From: Vicinamibacteria bacterium
GTDB lineage: Bacteria; Acidobacteriota; Vicinamibacteria; Marinacidobacterales; Marinacidobacteraceae
Reading direction: 5' to 3'
Assembly (NCBI GenBank): GCA_965199715.1
Contig: OZ241322.1
Span: 128,001 to 192,000 of the forward strand
DNA: 64,000 nt
Shown: positions 44,501 to 57,366 of the stretch, piece by piece
Layout: every line of letters begins with the position of its first letter
Numbering within the stretch: position 1 is the stretch's first letter
Notes under the pieces: model-generated
Told to the model about the DNA's origin: nothing
The model's input: only the letters and a program-made list of their open reading frames with translations
Databases searched by the model: none
Position numbers and translations under genes: made by a program

Positions 44501-47500
44501 CTGTTGGTCAGCCTGTCCACCGCGAGCCCACTCCGGGGCATGATTGCCCCGGCCTCATTGAAGCCGGAACGAGGACGGCGGAGCGTGCACGGCGGACGAG
44601 GCCACTCCGGGGCATGATTGCCCCGGCCTCATTGAAGCCCGGCCGGCTACTTTCCTCCGGGGTACTTCCCGCCGGCCACTCCGGGGCATGATTGCCCCGG
44701 CCTCATTGAAGCAGGCGGTTATCCCCAGCTGGATTTCGCGCGTCGGCAACGCCACTCCGGGGCATGATTGCCCCGGCCTCATTGAAGCCATCCGATCCAA
44801 TGGTTGTTTCAGTGTCGGATGAAACCACTCCGGGGCATGATTGCCCCGGCCTCATTGAAGCGGATAACGCGCCTAATAGGCGATAGCGCAACGCCTTCAG
44901 CCCACTCCGGGGCATGATTGCCCCGGCCTCATTGAAGCGAGGAGCATGACTCCATCGGGCGGCTCGCGGACGCCCGCCCACTCCGGGGCATGATTGCCCC
45001 GGCCTCATTGAAGCAGATCGGGGCGGACGCGACCACTGATACGAGCACCGGGCCACTCCGGGGCATGATTGCCCCGGCCTCATTGAAGCCCAATTTGAAA
45101 TCCTCTTGCCGTAGAGCGCGCGCAACCCCACTCCGGGGCATGATTGCCCCGGCCTCATTGAAGCACTACACGTTTTCATAGCGTGTTAGGCTTCCATCAA
45201 TGACCACTCCGGGGCATGATTGCCCCGGCCTCATTGAAGCATGGCGCGGACCGCCGCGAAGATGCGCGCCGACGAGCCACTCCGGGGCATGATTGCCCCG
45301 GCCTCATTGAAGCCCGAAATTCGACAGGTCGCACGTGGCCCGGAGCCTCACCACTCCGGGGCATGATTGCCCCGGCCTCATTGAAGCCGGGAAGGAGCGC
45401 CTGAAGGCGCGGTAGCGATCCGCCCACTCCGGGGCATGATTGCCCCGGCCTCATTGAAGCGGCAGCTGCTCCCGCTGAACGGTACGCGGGTGACCCATCC
45501 ACTCCGGGGCATGATTGCCCCGGCCTCATTGAAGCCGCGATGTAAAGAAACATCGCCAAGGACGCGCCTATCCACTCCGGGGCATGATTGCCCCGGCCTC
45601 ATTGAAGCCCAATAACGATTGATACGCGAAGGGAAATGCATGGATAGGCCACTCCGTCCCACTCCGGGGCATGATTGCCCCGGCCTCATTGAAGCGTCAG
45701 CCGGACGAATGCGATGTTTGATGGTCTCGGCGCCACTCCGGGGCATGATTGCCCCGGCCTCATTGAAGCAATCCGAGCCGCGTAGTGCCGTCCCATATGA
45801 CTCCAGCCACTCCGGGGCATGATTGCCCCGGCCTCATTGAAGCCATTTACACGGGCGAAACAGGTGTCGAGAAGTTGTACGCCACTCCGGGGCATGATTG
45901 CCCCGGCCTCATTGAAGCATTCGCCACGTCGGCGCGCGGGAAAGCTGGCGGCGGGACCACTCCGGGGCATGATTGCCCCGGCCTCATTGAAGCTGTAGTT
46001 CATGGTTTGCTCCTTGTGGTGGGGTGCCGGGCCCACTCCGGGGCATGATTGCCCCGGCCTCATTGAAGCCGGGGTACCCCCAGCCCCCTCGGGGCAGGCT
46101 ACCCCCAGCCACTCCGGGGCATGATTGCCCCGGCCTCATTGAAGCACCTTTGGGGACCGAGATTTCCGTGCGGGTGGGCATGAGCCACTCCGGGGCATGA
46201 TTGCCCCGGCCTCATTGAAGCGTCGAAGGCGCAGTCGTAGTCGATCCGGTATCGCGAGCCCACTCCGGGGCATGATTGCCCCGGCCTCATTGAAGCGACA
46301 CCGCGATCGGCGCGCAGGGCACGACGCCTTTCACCACTCCGGGGCATGATTGCCCCGGCCTCATTGAAGCGCGGGCCGGATCAAGCGCTTCATCCTCCCG
46401 CCCGGCCGGCCACTCCGGGGCATGATTGCCCCGGCCTCATTGAAGCTGCATGAGCTTCCGGCCGACCACCGGCAGGGGCCCGGCCCACTCCGGGGCATGA
46501 TTGCCCCGGCCTCATTGAAGCGACGTACCGGTGCTCGTGGGGGCGGAAATCGGGGCTGACCACTCCGGGGCATGATTGCCCCGGCCTCATTGAAGCGGGT
46601 TGATGACGCCGCCTCCTCCCGCCGCCACCCGTGCCCACTCCGGGGCATGATTGCCCCGGCCTCATTGAAGCCCCAATCACGCGCGCGAGAAGGACGTTCC
46701 GCGCGTCGCCCACTCCGGGGCATGATTGCCCCGGCCTCATTGAAGCGAGAGCCTTGTACAGCCTCAAAAAAAAATGATCGTCGGGCCACTCCGGGGCATG
46801 ATTGCCCCGGCCTCATTGAAGCCCGTTCCGAGCTCGGCGCGCCGGAGCGTAGCCATCGGGACCACTCCGGGGCATGATTGCCCCGGCCTCATTGAAGCGA
46901 TGGAATGAAAATCTCGACGGAGAAAGCGGCGGAATCACCACTCCGGGGCATGATTGCCCCGGCCTCATTGAAGCCGGCACGTCACAGGTCCGCGTCACAG
47001 TACGTCGCTGAATCCACTCCGGGGCATGATTGCCCCGGCCTCATTGAAGCAGGTCGCGGCGATCGAAAGGACGCCTCGGCGGCGGATCCACTCCGGGGCA
47101 TGATTGCCCCGGCCTCATTGAAGCACCTGGATGGGGCCGGGGGCGCCCGTCCCGCCGCCCCCCACTCCGGGGCATGATTGCCCCGGCCTCATTGAAGCCT
47201 CGAGGGATGGCCATGCATCGCGTAGGGCACACGCACCACTCCGGGGCATGATTGCCCCGGCCTCATTGAAGCATCACGGTCAAGTCGTCGCCGCCACAAC
47301 GTTCAATGCCCACTCCGGGGCATGATTGCCCCGGCCTCATTGAAGCGACGGGCAGGCGAATAGGCCGACCGTCGCCATCGATCCCACTCCGGGGCATGAT
47401 TGCCCCGGCCTCATTGAAGCTTTCGCGCCCCCCGCCGCCGTATCCAGTACGCCCGAGACCACTCCGGGGCATGATTGCCCCGGCCTCATTGAAGCCCGTC

Positions 47501-50500
47501 TTTTTTCAGCCGGACGACGACCGGATCATCGACCACTCCGGGGCATGATTGCCCCGGCCTCATTGAAGCAAGAATCCTGAAGCCGCCGCCGGACTCATGC
47601 TCATTTCCACTCCGGGGCATGATTGCCCCGGCCTCATTGAAGCATCTACGCGGGCGAGACAGGGCGCAAGACGGCGCATCCACTCCGGGGCATGATTGCC
47701 CCGGCCTCATTGAAGCCGACCTCGGTGCCCTCGGCTGAGGCTATCCGTACTCCACTCCGGGGCATGATTGCCCCGGCCTCATTGAAGCTAGGCACAAAAA
47801 AGCCCCCCGAAGAGCGACTCCGGGGGGGCCACTCCGGGGCATGATTGCCCCGGCCTCATTGAAGCACGTTGACTTTGGCTCCTATCGCCGGTTCGTCCGG
47901 CGGCCACTCCGGGGCATGATTGCCCCGGCCTCATTGAAGCGGAATTCGGGTGGCCGACAGCGTTCGCGTTTGTGGCCCACTCCGGGGCATGATTGCCCCG
48001 GCCTCATTGAAGCCGTGATTTCGGCCGCCCAGTGGCCGGATATGGCCCTGCCCACTCCGGGGCATGATTGCCCCGGCCTCATTGAAGCGCTACCGGCTCG
48101 ATCTGGCAGCTGCGCGCGGTCCTTCGCCACTCCGGGGCATGATTGCCCCGGCCTCATTGAAGCAAAGACCATCACGGAGATCATACGTCCTAGCGAGTCC
48201 TGCCACTCCGGGGCATGATTGCCCCGGCCTCATTGAAGCCTGCACACGGAATCCGAGGGCCCCCTCGGGGAGATCGGCCCACTCCGGGGCATGATTGCCC
48301 CGGCCTCATTGAAGCGCCACGTCCGCCAGCGTCAAGGTGCCGCCCGCCGGCCCCACTCCGGGGCATGATTGCCCCGGCCTCATTGAAGCCGGCAGCGGCG
48401 TACCGTGGCACGTGGGTGCACCAGTGCCACTCCGGGGCATGATTGCCCCGGCCTCATTGAAGCTCTTCATTGAATCAAACGATGATGGAAGTTCAATGCC
48501 AACCACTCCGGGGCATGATTGCCCCGGCCTCATTGAAGCGCTTCCGGCCCGCCCACTCAATCTGATCGCCTTCCCGGACCACTCCGGGGCATGATTGCCC
48601 CGGCCTCATTGAAGCCGGAAGGTTGGTTTCGGATGCGCTAATCAATGGAAACCACTCCGGGGCATGATTGCCCCGGCCTCATTGAAGCCCACATTCGGAA
48701 ATCGCGAAGGGAACGCGAGAGTCGCCACTCCGGGGCATGATTGCCCCGGCCTCATTGAAGCCGGCTACGCGCGAAGGCTCGCTGGCGAGGATCGACGCCC
48801 ACTCCGGGGCATGATTGCCCCGGCCTCATTGAAGCAGACCGCCCCCGAGTCGGCCTCAAGGGCTAGACCGCCGGCCACTCCGGGGCATGATTGCCCCGGC
48901 CTCATTGAAGCCGGTGTACGCCGCGAATCCGGCACGTTTCCCGGAGTCCACTCCGGGGCATGATTGCCCCGGCCTCATTGAAGCTTTGAATTCTCGCGCG
49001 ATTGGATTTCTAGTCGTTTGCCCACTCCGGGGCATGATTGCCCCGGCCTCATTGAAGCCCGCCGCACGTGGCGCGGCGGCGGAAGCGAAGAATCCACTCC
49101 GGGGCATGATTGCCCCGGCCTCATTGAAGCTTCCTTGGTGCGTCCATGCCAGTCATTCCATGACACCCACTCCGGGGCATGATTGCCCCGGCCTCATTGA
49201 AGCGCATCGGAGCGTGAAGGAGCATACAATGCGCCTATGCCCCCACTCCGGGGCATGATTGCCCCGGCCTCATTGAAGCTACCAAGCACCTCAAGCTCGC
49301 GACGACGCGCGCATTTCTCCCCACTCCGGGGCATGATTGCCCCGGCCTCATTGAAGCGTGGCGGCCCTGTGTGGCAAAGGTAACGCAGTGCGTCGCCACT
49401 CCGGGGCATGATTGCCCCGGCCTCATTGAAGCAAGGGCATCCACCATACGGTTCCACACGCCTGAAAGCCACTCCGGGGCATGATTGCCCCGGCCTCATT
49501 GAAGCACTGTTACATCCGACGTTGCGGCGGCAGCAGACACAACCCACTCCGGGGCATGATTGCCCCGGCCTCATTGAAGCTGTCCCCACATATCCACGCG
49601 CGATGATGGAATCTTTCCACTCCGGGGCATGATTGCCCCGGCCTCATTGAAGCCGCGCCCGTGGGCGCGTCTAAGGCGCCTAGGAGGCCCACTCCGGGGC
49701 ATGATTGCCCCGGCCTCATTGAAGCCGGATCTTGCTGACGTCCTTGGCGATCGCGTCTAGCCCACTCCGGGGCATGATTGCCCCGGCCTCATTGAAGCGA
49801 GGCATCGCGTCGGGTAGCCGAGCTGCCCGTCCCAGCCCACTCCGGGGCATGATTGCCCCGGCCTCATTGAAGCACTGGGCGACCGGCACGGTCGACGTGA
49901 TCGAGGCTATCCCACTCCGGGGCATGATTGCCCCGGCCTCATTGAAGCCACAGCATCGACGAATGCGGTCGGCTCGGCTGAGACCCACTCCGGGGCATGA
50001 TTGCCCCGGCCTCATTGAAGCCGTGGCACTCGCTAGGCGCAAGCCCGATGGAAACTCCCCACTCCGGGGCATGATTGCCCCGGCCTCATTGAAGCGGGAT
50101 AGCCGCGAATACCTTGCGCTACCACATGCGACCCACTCCGGGGCATGATTGCCCCGGCCTCATTGAAGCTAGACAACGTCGTCAAGCCGCTACTCGACGC
50201 GATATGCCCACTCCGGGGCATGATTGCCCCGGCCTCATTGAAGCGTGACCTTCCGCTTCTGGAAGGCGACTCCGCGGGATGCCCACTCCGGGGCATGATT
50301 GCCCCGGCCTCATTGAAGCAATAGGCGCGGGCGTGCCACTAGGGGCGCGTGTATCGCGCCACTCCGGGGCATGATTGCCCCGGCCTCATTGAAGCCGGCT
50401 CGCCGGGCGGCCGCCGGAGGCGCCGCATGTGACCACTCCGGGGCATGATTGCCCCGGCCTCATTGAAGCGTCCTGCTCACAAACACCAACGCATCCGAGT

Positions 50501-53500
50501 GAAACCCACTCCGGGGCATGATTGCCCCGGCCTCATTGAAGCATCCACTTCGCGAATGCATCCTCGGAGACTGGCTGCCCACTCCGGGGCATGATTGCCC
50601 CGGCCTCATTGAAGCTCGAGGCAGCTATCGCCTTAGACCGCGGCAAACGCGCCCCACTCCGGGGCATGATTGCCCCGGCCTCATTGAAGCAACAATCCTA
50701 CATTACGGTGCGGATCCGGGCGAGGATGTCCACTCCGGGGCATGATTGCCCCGGCCTCATTGAAGCCGGGATAATAACCCTATTGACACCGGGCATCAGT
50801 CTCGTGCCACTCCGGGGCATGATTGCCCCGGCCTCATTGAAGCGAGGCCTAGCCCGCGAGGTACCACAGGGCGGCCGTGGCCACTCCGGGGCATGATTGC
50901 CCCGGCCTCATTGAAGCTCCAGGGTGCCAGAGGTAGAGATAGACGGCGAGCCGGAGCCACTCCGGGGCATGATTGCCCCGGCCTCATTGAAGCTCAGGCC
51001 GAGGCAGTCGACGCGGCCGCCACCGCCGACCACTCCGGGGCATGATTGCCCCGGCCTCATTGAAGCCTAATCGCGTACCAACCGGAGCTCCGGTACCGGG
51101 AAAAACCACTCCGGGGCATGATTGCCCCGGCCTCATTGAAGCATCTTCATCAATCCTTTCATCCGATTCATTCATCAACCACTCCGGGGCATGATTGCCC
51201 CGGCCTCATTGAAGCTCTCTCCCTCCTAATTAGAGGTCTTAAGTAACGCGCCCCACTCCGGGGCATGATTGCCCCGGCCTCATTGAAGCGGATTCACGAT
51301 GCCGCCGCCACCCGCTACCACCTTCGCCCACTCCGGGGCATGATTGCCCCGGCCTCATTGAAGCTATGGCGCGTTCCACCGTGTGCGCAATGCCATGGAG
51401 CAGCCACTCCGGGGCATGATTGCCCCGGCCTCATTGAAGCGGGATTCTCGACAAGGTGCGTTGGGAACGCATCCACGGCCACTCCGGGGCATGATTGCCC
51501 CGGCCTCATTGAAGCGGGCGACTCGAGGCGCAAATGACGCCGGAGAAGCCGCCCCACTCCGGGGCATGATTGCCCCGGCCTCATTGAAGCCACAAGTGGC
51601 TCGTTTCGCTAGATAGATTTCTTTTGGTGCCACTCCGGGGCATGATTGCCCCGGCCTCATTGAAGCCCTGGTAGTCGGCCCCCGCGAGGATCGCGAGGGC
51701 GTCCCCACTCCGGGGCATGATTGCCCCGGCCTCATTGAAGCCAATCCTGCATGATGCCGACCGGATCGCCGTACGCGCCCCACTCCGGGGCATGATTGCC
51801 CCGGCCTCATTGAAGCCACCTCCCGGATGTCTCCGTGCTCGCGGCGCCGCCACCCACTCCGGGGCATGATTGCCCCGGCCTCATTGAAGCTTCGCGCCCA
51901 CCCGGAGCCGAGGCGAGGAGGCGACGCCACTCCGGGGCATGATTGCCCCGGCCTCATTGAAGCGTCGACGAGCATCGAGCCCCAGGTCGATCCGGCCATG
52001 CCCACTCCGGGGCATGATTGCCCCGGCCTCATTGAAGCGAATCGATTTGGCGCGCCTAGGCGACGCCTAGGCGACCCACTCCGGGGCATGATTGCCCCGG
52101 CCTCATTGAAGCCTCCGGCCCCAAGTACTCGACTCCGGGGCATGCGGCCTCATTGAAGCTGGGAGTTCGGCGCACTAGCTCGCCACTCCGGGGCATGATT
52201 GCCCCGGCCTCATTGAAGTTTGCTCAAAATAATGGCCGCCCACTCCGGGGCTGATTGCCCCGGCTCATTGAAGGGTTTCCGACGAGCCACTCCGGGGCAT
52301 GATTGCCCCGGCCTCATTGAAGCAAGCAATGCTACGGCCATCATTGCCCCGGCCTCATTGAAGCCGCATGATGGATACCACTCCGGGGCGCCGATTGCCC
52401 CGGCCTCAAGCCATAGCCACACCCACTCCGGGGCATGATTGCCCCGGCCTCATTGAAGCTCCTCCGTTCCCGCTCCGGCCCCGTCTCAGGCGAGCGCGCC
52501 ACTCCGGGGCATGATTGCCCCGGCCTCATTGAAGCCAACGCGCCCCCGCCTTCCAACCACTCCGGGGCATGATTGCCCCGGCCTCATTGAAGCCCGAAAG
52601 ACGAACGATGATCGTATCCGGATGGCGTTCTTACCCACTCCGGGGCATGATTGCCCCGGCCTCATTGAAGCCAGCCACTCCTTGGTTTCGCCCGCGAGGA
52701 TCGCGCCCACTCCGGGGCATGATTGCCCCGGCCTCATTGAAGCATGCGCCCTGATGCGCGCCAACAGGTCCTGTGGGACCCGGATTGCCACTCCGGGGCA
52801 TGATTGCCCCGGCCTCATTGAAAGCGCGCGAAGCAGACGGTGCGTCCGTGAAAGGTGCCATGCGGCGCCACTCCGGGGCATGATTGCCCCGGCCTCATTG
52901 AAGCACGCGCCGCGAGTTGGTGCGCCATTGGATTCGCGTGCCACTCCGGGGCATGATTGCCCCGGCCTCATTGAAGCGAAATCGCACCGGCCCGCGTGAG
53001 CTCAGCCCCATCCCCCACTCCGGGGCATGATTGCCCCGGCCTCATTGAAGCTGCTTCGGGCTGAGCCGCTCCGCCTCCGGGACCACTCCGGGGCATGATT
53101 GCCCCGGCCTCATTGAAGCCGGGAAAACGAAAAGGACCAGCGCGCGAATGAAGCCACCCACTCCGGGGCATGATTGCCCCGGCCTCATTGAAGCGGCCAC
53201 ACTTCCACGCTTGCCGCCTACCGCACTCCGCCCCACTCCGGGGCATGATTGCCCCGGCCTCATTGAAGCAGCCAGATGGCGACGCTCGTCCGGCCGGGTT
53301 TCCCCAGCCACTCCGGGGCATGATTGCCCCGGCCTCATTGAAGCAAGCGCTACGGCCACCATTGGGGCGCATGATGGATACCACTCCGGGGCATGATTGC
53401 CCCGGCCTCATTGAAGCCATTAGTTACGCCGGATCTCGCAACATACCGAAGGCCGACCACTCCGGGGCATGATTGCCCCGGCCTCATTGAAGCAGCGGCC

Positions 53501-56500
53501 GACCGTAGCGATTTCCCCGCCCAGCCGGAATCCACTCCGGGGCATGATTGCCCCGGCCTCATTGAAGCACCCAGCCGGGGAACGCGCCGGTGGGCCAGTA
53601 CCACCCACTCCGGGGCATGATTGCCCCGGCCTCATTGAAGCCTGATATGAAATCACTCAGAGCGATCATAGATGCCCAGTTCCACTCCGGGGCATGATTG
53701 CCCCGGCCTCATTGAAGCGGCTGGCGGACCGGCGGCATGAAGCTGGGCATGCTCTACCCCACTCCGGGGCATGATTGCCCCGGCCTCATTGAAGCGCCTC
53801 GACGCTGATGCCGGCGATGCTGGTGATCTGGGTCCACTCCGGGGCATGATTGCCCCGGCCTCATTGAAGCCCGGCGCGCCGCCGCGGCGAAAGGTCTCGG
53901 CGCAAGCGCACTCCGGGGCATGATTGCCCCGGCCTCATTGAAGCCTCATGCCTCGCGGTACTGCGTCTCGGCCGCATCGAGCCACTCCGGGGCATGATTG
54001 CCCCGGCCTCATTGAAGCATCGCAAGATCGCGGCGTGATTCAAGAGAATGATTCATCCACTCCGGGGCATGATTGCCCCGGCCTCATTGAAGCTCGTTCC
54101 AAGGCGCATCGTTTGCGACGACGCGCCAACCACTCCGGGGCATGATTGCCCCGGCCTCATTGAAGCATGGAGGACGACGCGGCGAATGCCGCAACTACTT
54201 CACCCACTCCGGGGCATGATTGCCCCGGCCTCATTGAAGCGACGTGCGCGTGCGCGCACCTACGCGATGCATGGCCACCCACTCCGGGGCATGATTGCCC
54301 CGGCCTCATTGAAGCGCCATAGCCGTCTGCCGTGGTTTCCGGCATCGCGACCCACTCCGGGGCATGATTGCCCCGACCTCATTGAAGCTATGTCCGTCCG
54401 ATTGGGCGGCAGGGGCAGGTCCGTCCCCACTCCGGGGCATGATTGCCCCGGCCTCATTGAAGCAAGAACCCAAGCGATGCGGAATGGCATAAGAACGCCG
54501 CCCACTCCGGGGCATGATTGCCCCGGCCTCATTGAAGCGCCATGATGGCCGAGGCGTGGGATTTCATCGCGCCCCGAGCCACTCCGGGGCATGATTGCCC
54601 CGGCCTCATTGAAGCCCGTATCGGTACGTCTCTTCCACTTCACGGATTTCGCCCCACTCCGGGGCATGATTGCCCCGGCCTCATTGAAGCCCCGCCGAAT
54701 ACGCGTCCCACGTGACTCCGCTCGCTCCGCCACTCCGGGGCATGATTGCCCCGGCCTCATTGAAGCCATGTTGTCGAGGTGGTTCCTTCCACCACGCCAA
54801 AGCGCCACTCCGGGGCATGATTGCCCCGGCCTCATTGAAGCGGAATCTGAATCGTGTCTCCACGTTCAGCGAATCCACCCACTCCGGGGCATGATTGCCC
54901 CGGCCTCATTGAAGCGCTCGCGTGGCACTAGACGTTCATGATGCGCCTGTCCCACTCCGGGGCATGATTGCCCCGGCCTCATTGAAGCTTCGCCGTAGTG
55001 GCGGCGTCGCCGCGCACGCGTTGGAGTCCACTCCGGGGCATGATTGCCCCGGCCTCATTGAAGCCCGACACTTCGCGTTGTGATGAAGACGTGTTGAACG
55101 CGCCACTCCGGGGCATGATTGCCCCGGCCTCATTGAAGCCACTCGCCATCATGATGGTAGGCGCGATGGTGGGATACCCACTCCGGGGCATGATTGCCCC
55201 GGCCTCATTGAAGCCGGTCCTTCCGCTGGGGATATCATCTCGTTCGGCGCCGCCCACTCCGGGGCATGATTGCCCCGGCCTCATTGAAGCCCACCTTGCG
55301 CGCGATCACTCATACCAACGCCCCACTGCCACTCCGGGGCATGATTGCCCCGGCCTCATTGAAGCTCGCAGAATGAAGTCAGGATAGTCGTCAATGGCGC
55401 CACCCACTCCGGGGCATGATTGCCCCGGCCTCATTGAAGCAATGTGGTTTCGCGTGGCCGCGAACAACGACTGCGTGCCACTCCGGGGCATGATTGCCCC
55501 GGCCTCATTGAAGCGCGAGCGTGATGAGCAGCGTCCTCGCGGGGTAGTCCGCCACTCCGGGGCATGATTGCCCCGGCCTCATTGAAGCCACGTCCCGGCG
55601 AGGCAAGTATGATCGCCCGCGCCTTCCACTCCGGGGCATGATTGCCCCGGCCTCATTGAAGCCGAGACAGGGTCGAGACAAAGATTCCATCATCGCGAGT
55701 CCACTCCGGGGCATGATTGCCCCGGCCTCATTGAAGCCACCGGGGCACCGGGCGAGTCCGGGGGCGCGTCCGGCCCACTCCGGGGCATGATTGCCCCGGC
55801 CTCATTGAAGCTCGGCTGCCCGGAGTGAATAGGAGGCCTCGCCGCGTTCCACTCCGGGGCATGATTGCCCCGGCCTCATTGAAGCCATCAGGGAAGTAAC
55901 CCACGCACTCCATATCTCACGTGGACCACTCCGGGGCATGATTGCCCCGGCCTCATTGAAGCCTCCGGCGCGCGCTCATGGCGGCTCGGGCCGCGCTGGC
56001 CACTCCGGGGCATGATTGCCCCGGCCTCATTGAAGCTAGGCGCGTGCGCGCGCCTTCCTACGGTTGAACCACGCCCACTCCGGGGCATGATTGCCCCGGC
56101 CTCATTGAAGCAAAGCCTAGAGGCGCAGCTTGGGGATACGACCGGCACCGTGCCACTCCGGGGCATGATTGCCCCGGCCTCATTGAAGCACTAGCACCTT
56201 GCGTCGCTATGTCTGGGCGCAAGTAACCACCACTCCGGGGCATGATTGCCCCGGCCTCATTGAAGCATCCTTCCACTCGCTAGGTAGCGATACCAGTCGC
56301 CTAGCCCACTCCGGGGCATGATTGCCCCGGCCTCATTGAAGCACTCCCGCTTGACGGTCGGCGCCGGCGCGCCGGTCGACCACTCCGGGGCATGATTGCC
56401 CCGGCCTCATTGAAGCGTGCAATACGCTCGCAACCACGGCATATCCAAGTTCGCCACTCCGGGGCATGATTGCCCCGGCCTCATTGAAGCCAACGCCATA

Positions 56501-57240
56501 CGTAACAGGACGCAATCCGCCGCCAGATGCCACTCCGGGGCATGATTGCCCCGGCCTCATTGAAGCTAGGAGCGCTCGCCGTCGGCGGTCTGGGCGCGAT
56601 CACGCCACTCCGGGGCATGATTGCCCCGGCCTCATTGAAGCAAGCACGTCATTAATGACGAGCGCGCCGACCGGAGCGAGCCACTCCGGGGCATGATTGC
56701 CCCGGCCTCATTGAAGCAATCGTGGCCACGGTGGAGCCTCCTTCCGTCGAGAGGCGCCACTCCGGGGCATGATTGCCCCGGCCTCATTGAAGCGGCCCTG
56801 CGCTCGCTGCCGGGCGACGCTGCTGAACCCCACTCCGGGGCATGATTGCCCCGGCCTCATTGAAGCCTTCGCACTTCCACTGTATCGCCGGATTCATAGC
56901 CTCCCCACTCCGGGGCATGATTGCCCCGGCCTCATTGAAGCACTCGCCTTATCCGTGGATATCTTCATGGAATCAAACCCACTCCGGGGCATGATTGCCC
57001 CGGCCTCATTGAAGCGCGACAATTTCCGCGAGCACTCCGGGGAAATCGCACTCCACTCCGGGGCATGATTGCCCCGGCCTCATTGAAGCCCAAAATCGAT
57101 CAGTTCCGCGCGAGTGTCTGTACGCTCCCCACTCCGGGGCATGATTGCCCCGGCCTCATTGAAGCATTCGGTTCGCCTTGGCTGAGGGCGAGCCGCTTCT
57201 TCCCCACTCCGGGGCATGATCGCCCCGGCCTGTTGGCAGG
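32595..57240 (+). CRISPR. Very large type I-G CRISPR array, roughly 330 repeats (estimated from span/period)
   Basis: 37-nt repeat CCACTCCGGGGCATGATTGCCCCGGCCTCATTGAAGC with 8-bp stem CCGGGGCA/TGCCCCGG and ATTGAAGC 3' end; period about 75 nt; degenerate terminal repeat at 57204-57240. Confidence 0.99.
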
Positions 57241-57253
57241 ATCACTGCATCCG

Positions 57254-57366
57254 GGAAGTCCCGCCACGGCGCCGTGGGCGGCGGGGTCATTCAAGAGTCG
57301 TTCTCGCTTCACTCATGCCGGAAAGTCGGAAGTCCCGCCACGGCGCCGTGGGCGGCGGGGTCATTC
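57254..57366 (+). repeat. 39-bp perfect direct repeat flanking a 35-bp insert, overlapping the peptidase stop codon
   Basis: GGAAGTCCCGCCACGGCGCCGTGGGCGGCGGGGTCATTC at 57254-57292 and 57328-57366; contains the palindrome CACGGCGCCGTG. Confidence 0.9.

Noticed and set aside
32595-57240. Self-targeting spacers within the window
   Set aside because: None found by eye; only a 10-nt CACTCCGGGG repeat match inside the spacer near 57015. An exhaustive search was not possible.
32468-57312. Hundreds of ORFs with MRPGQSCPGV / MIAPASLK / TPGHDCPGLIEA repeats
   Set aside because: They are translations of the CRISPR repeat in different frames, not genes.
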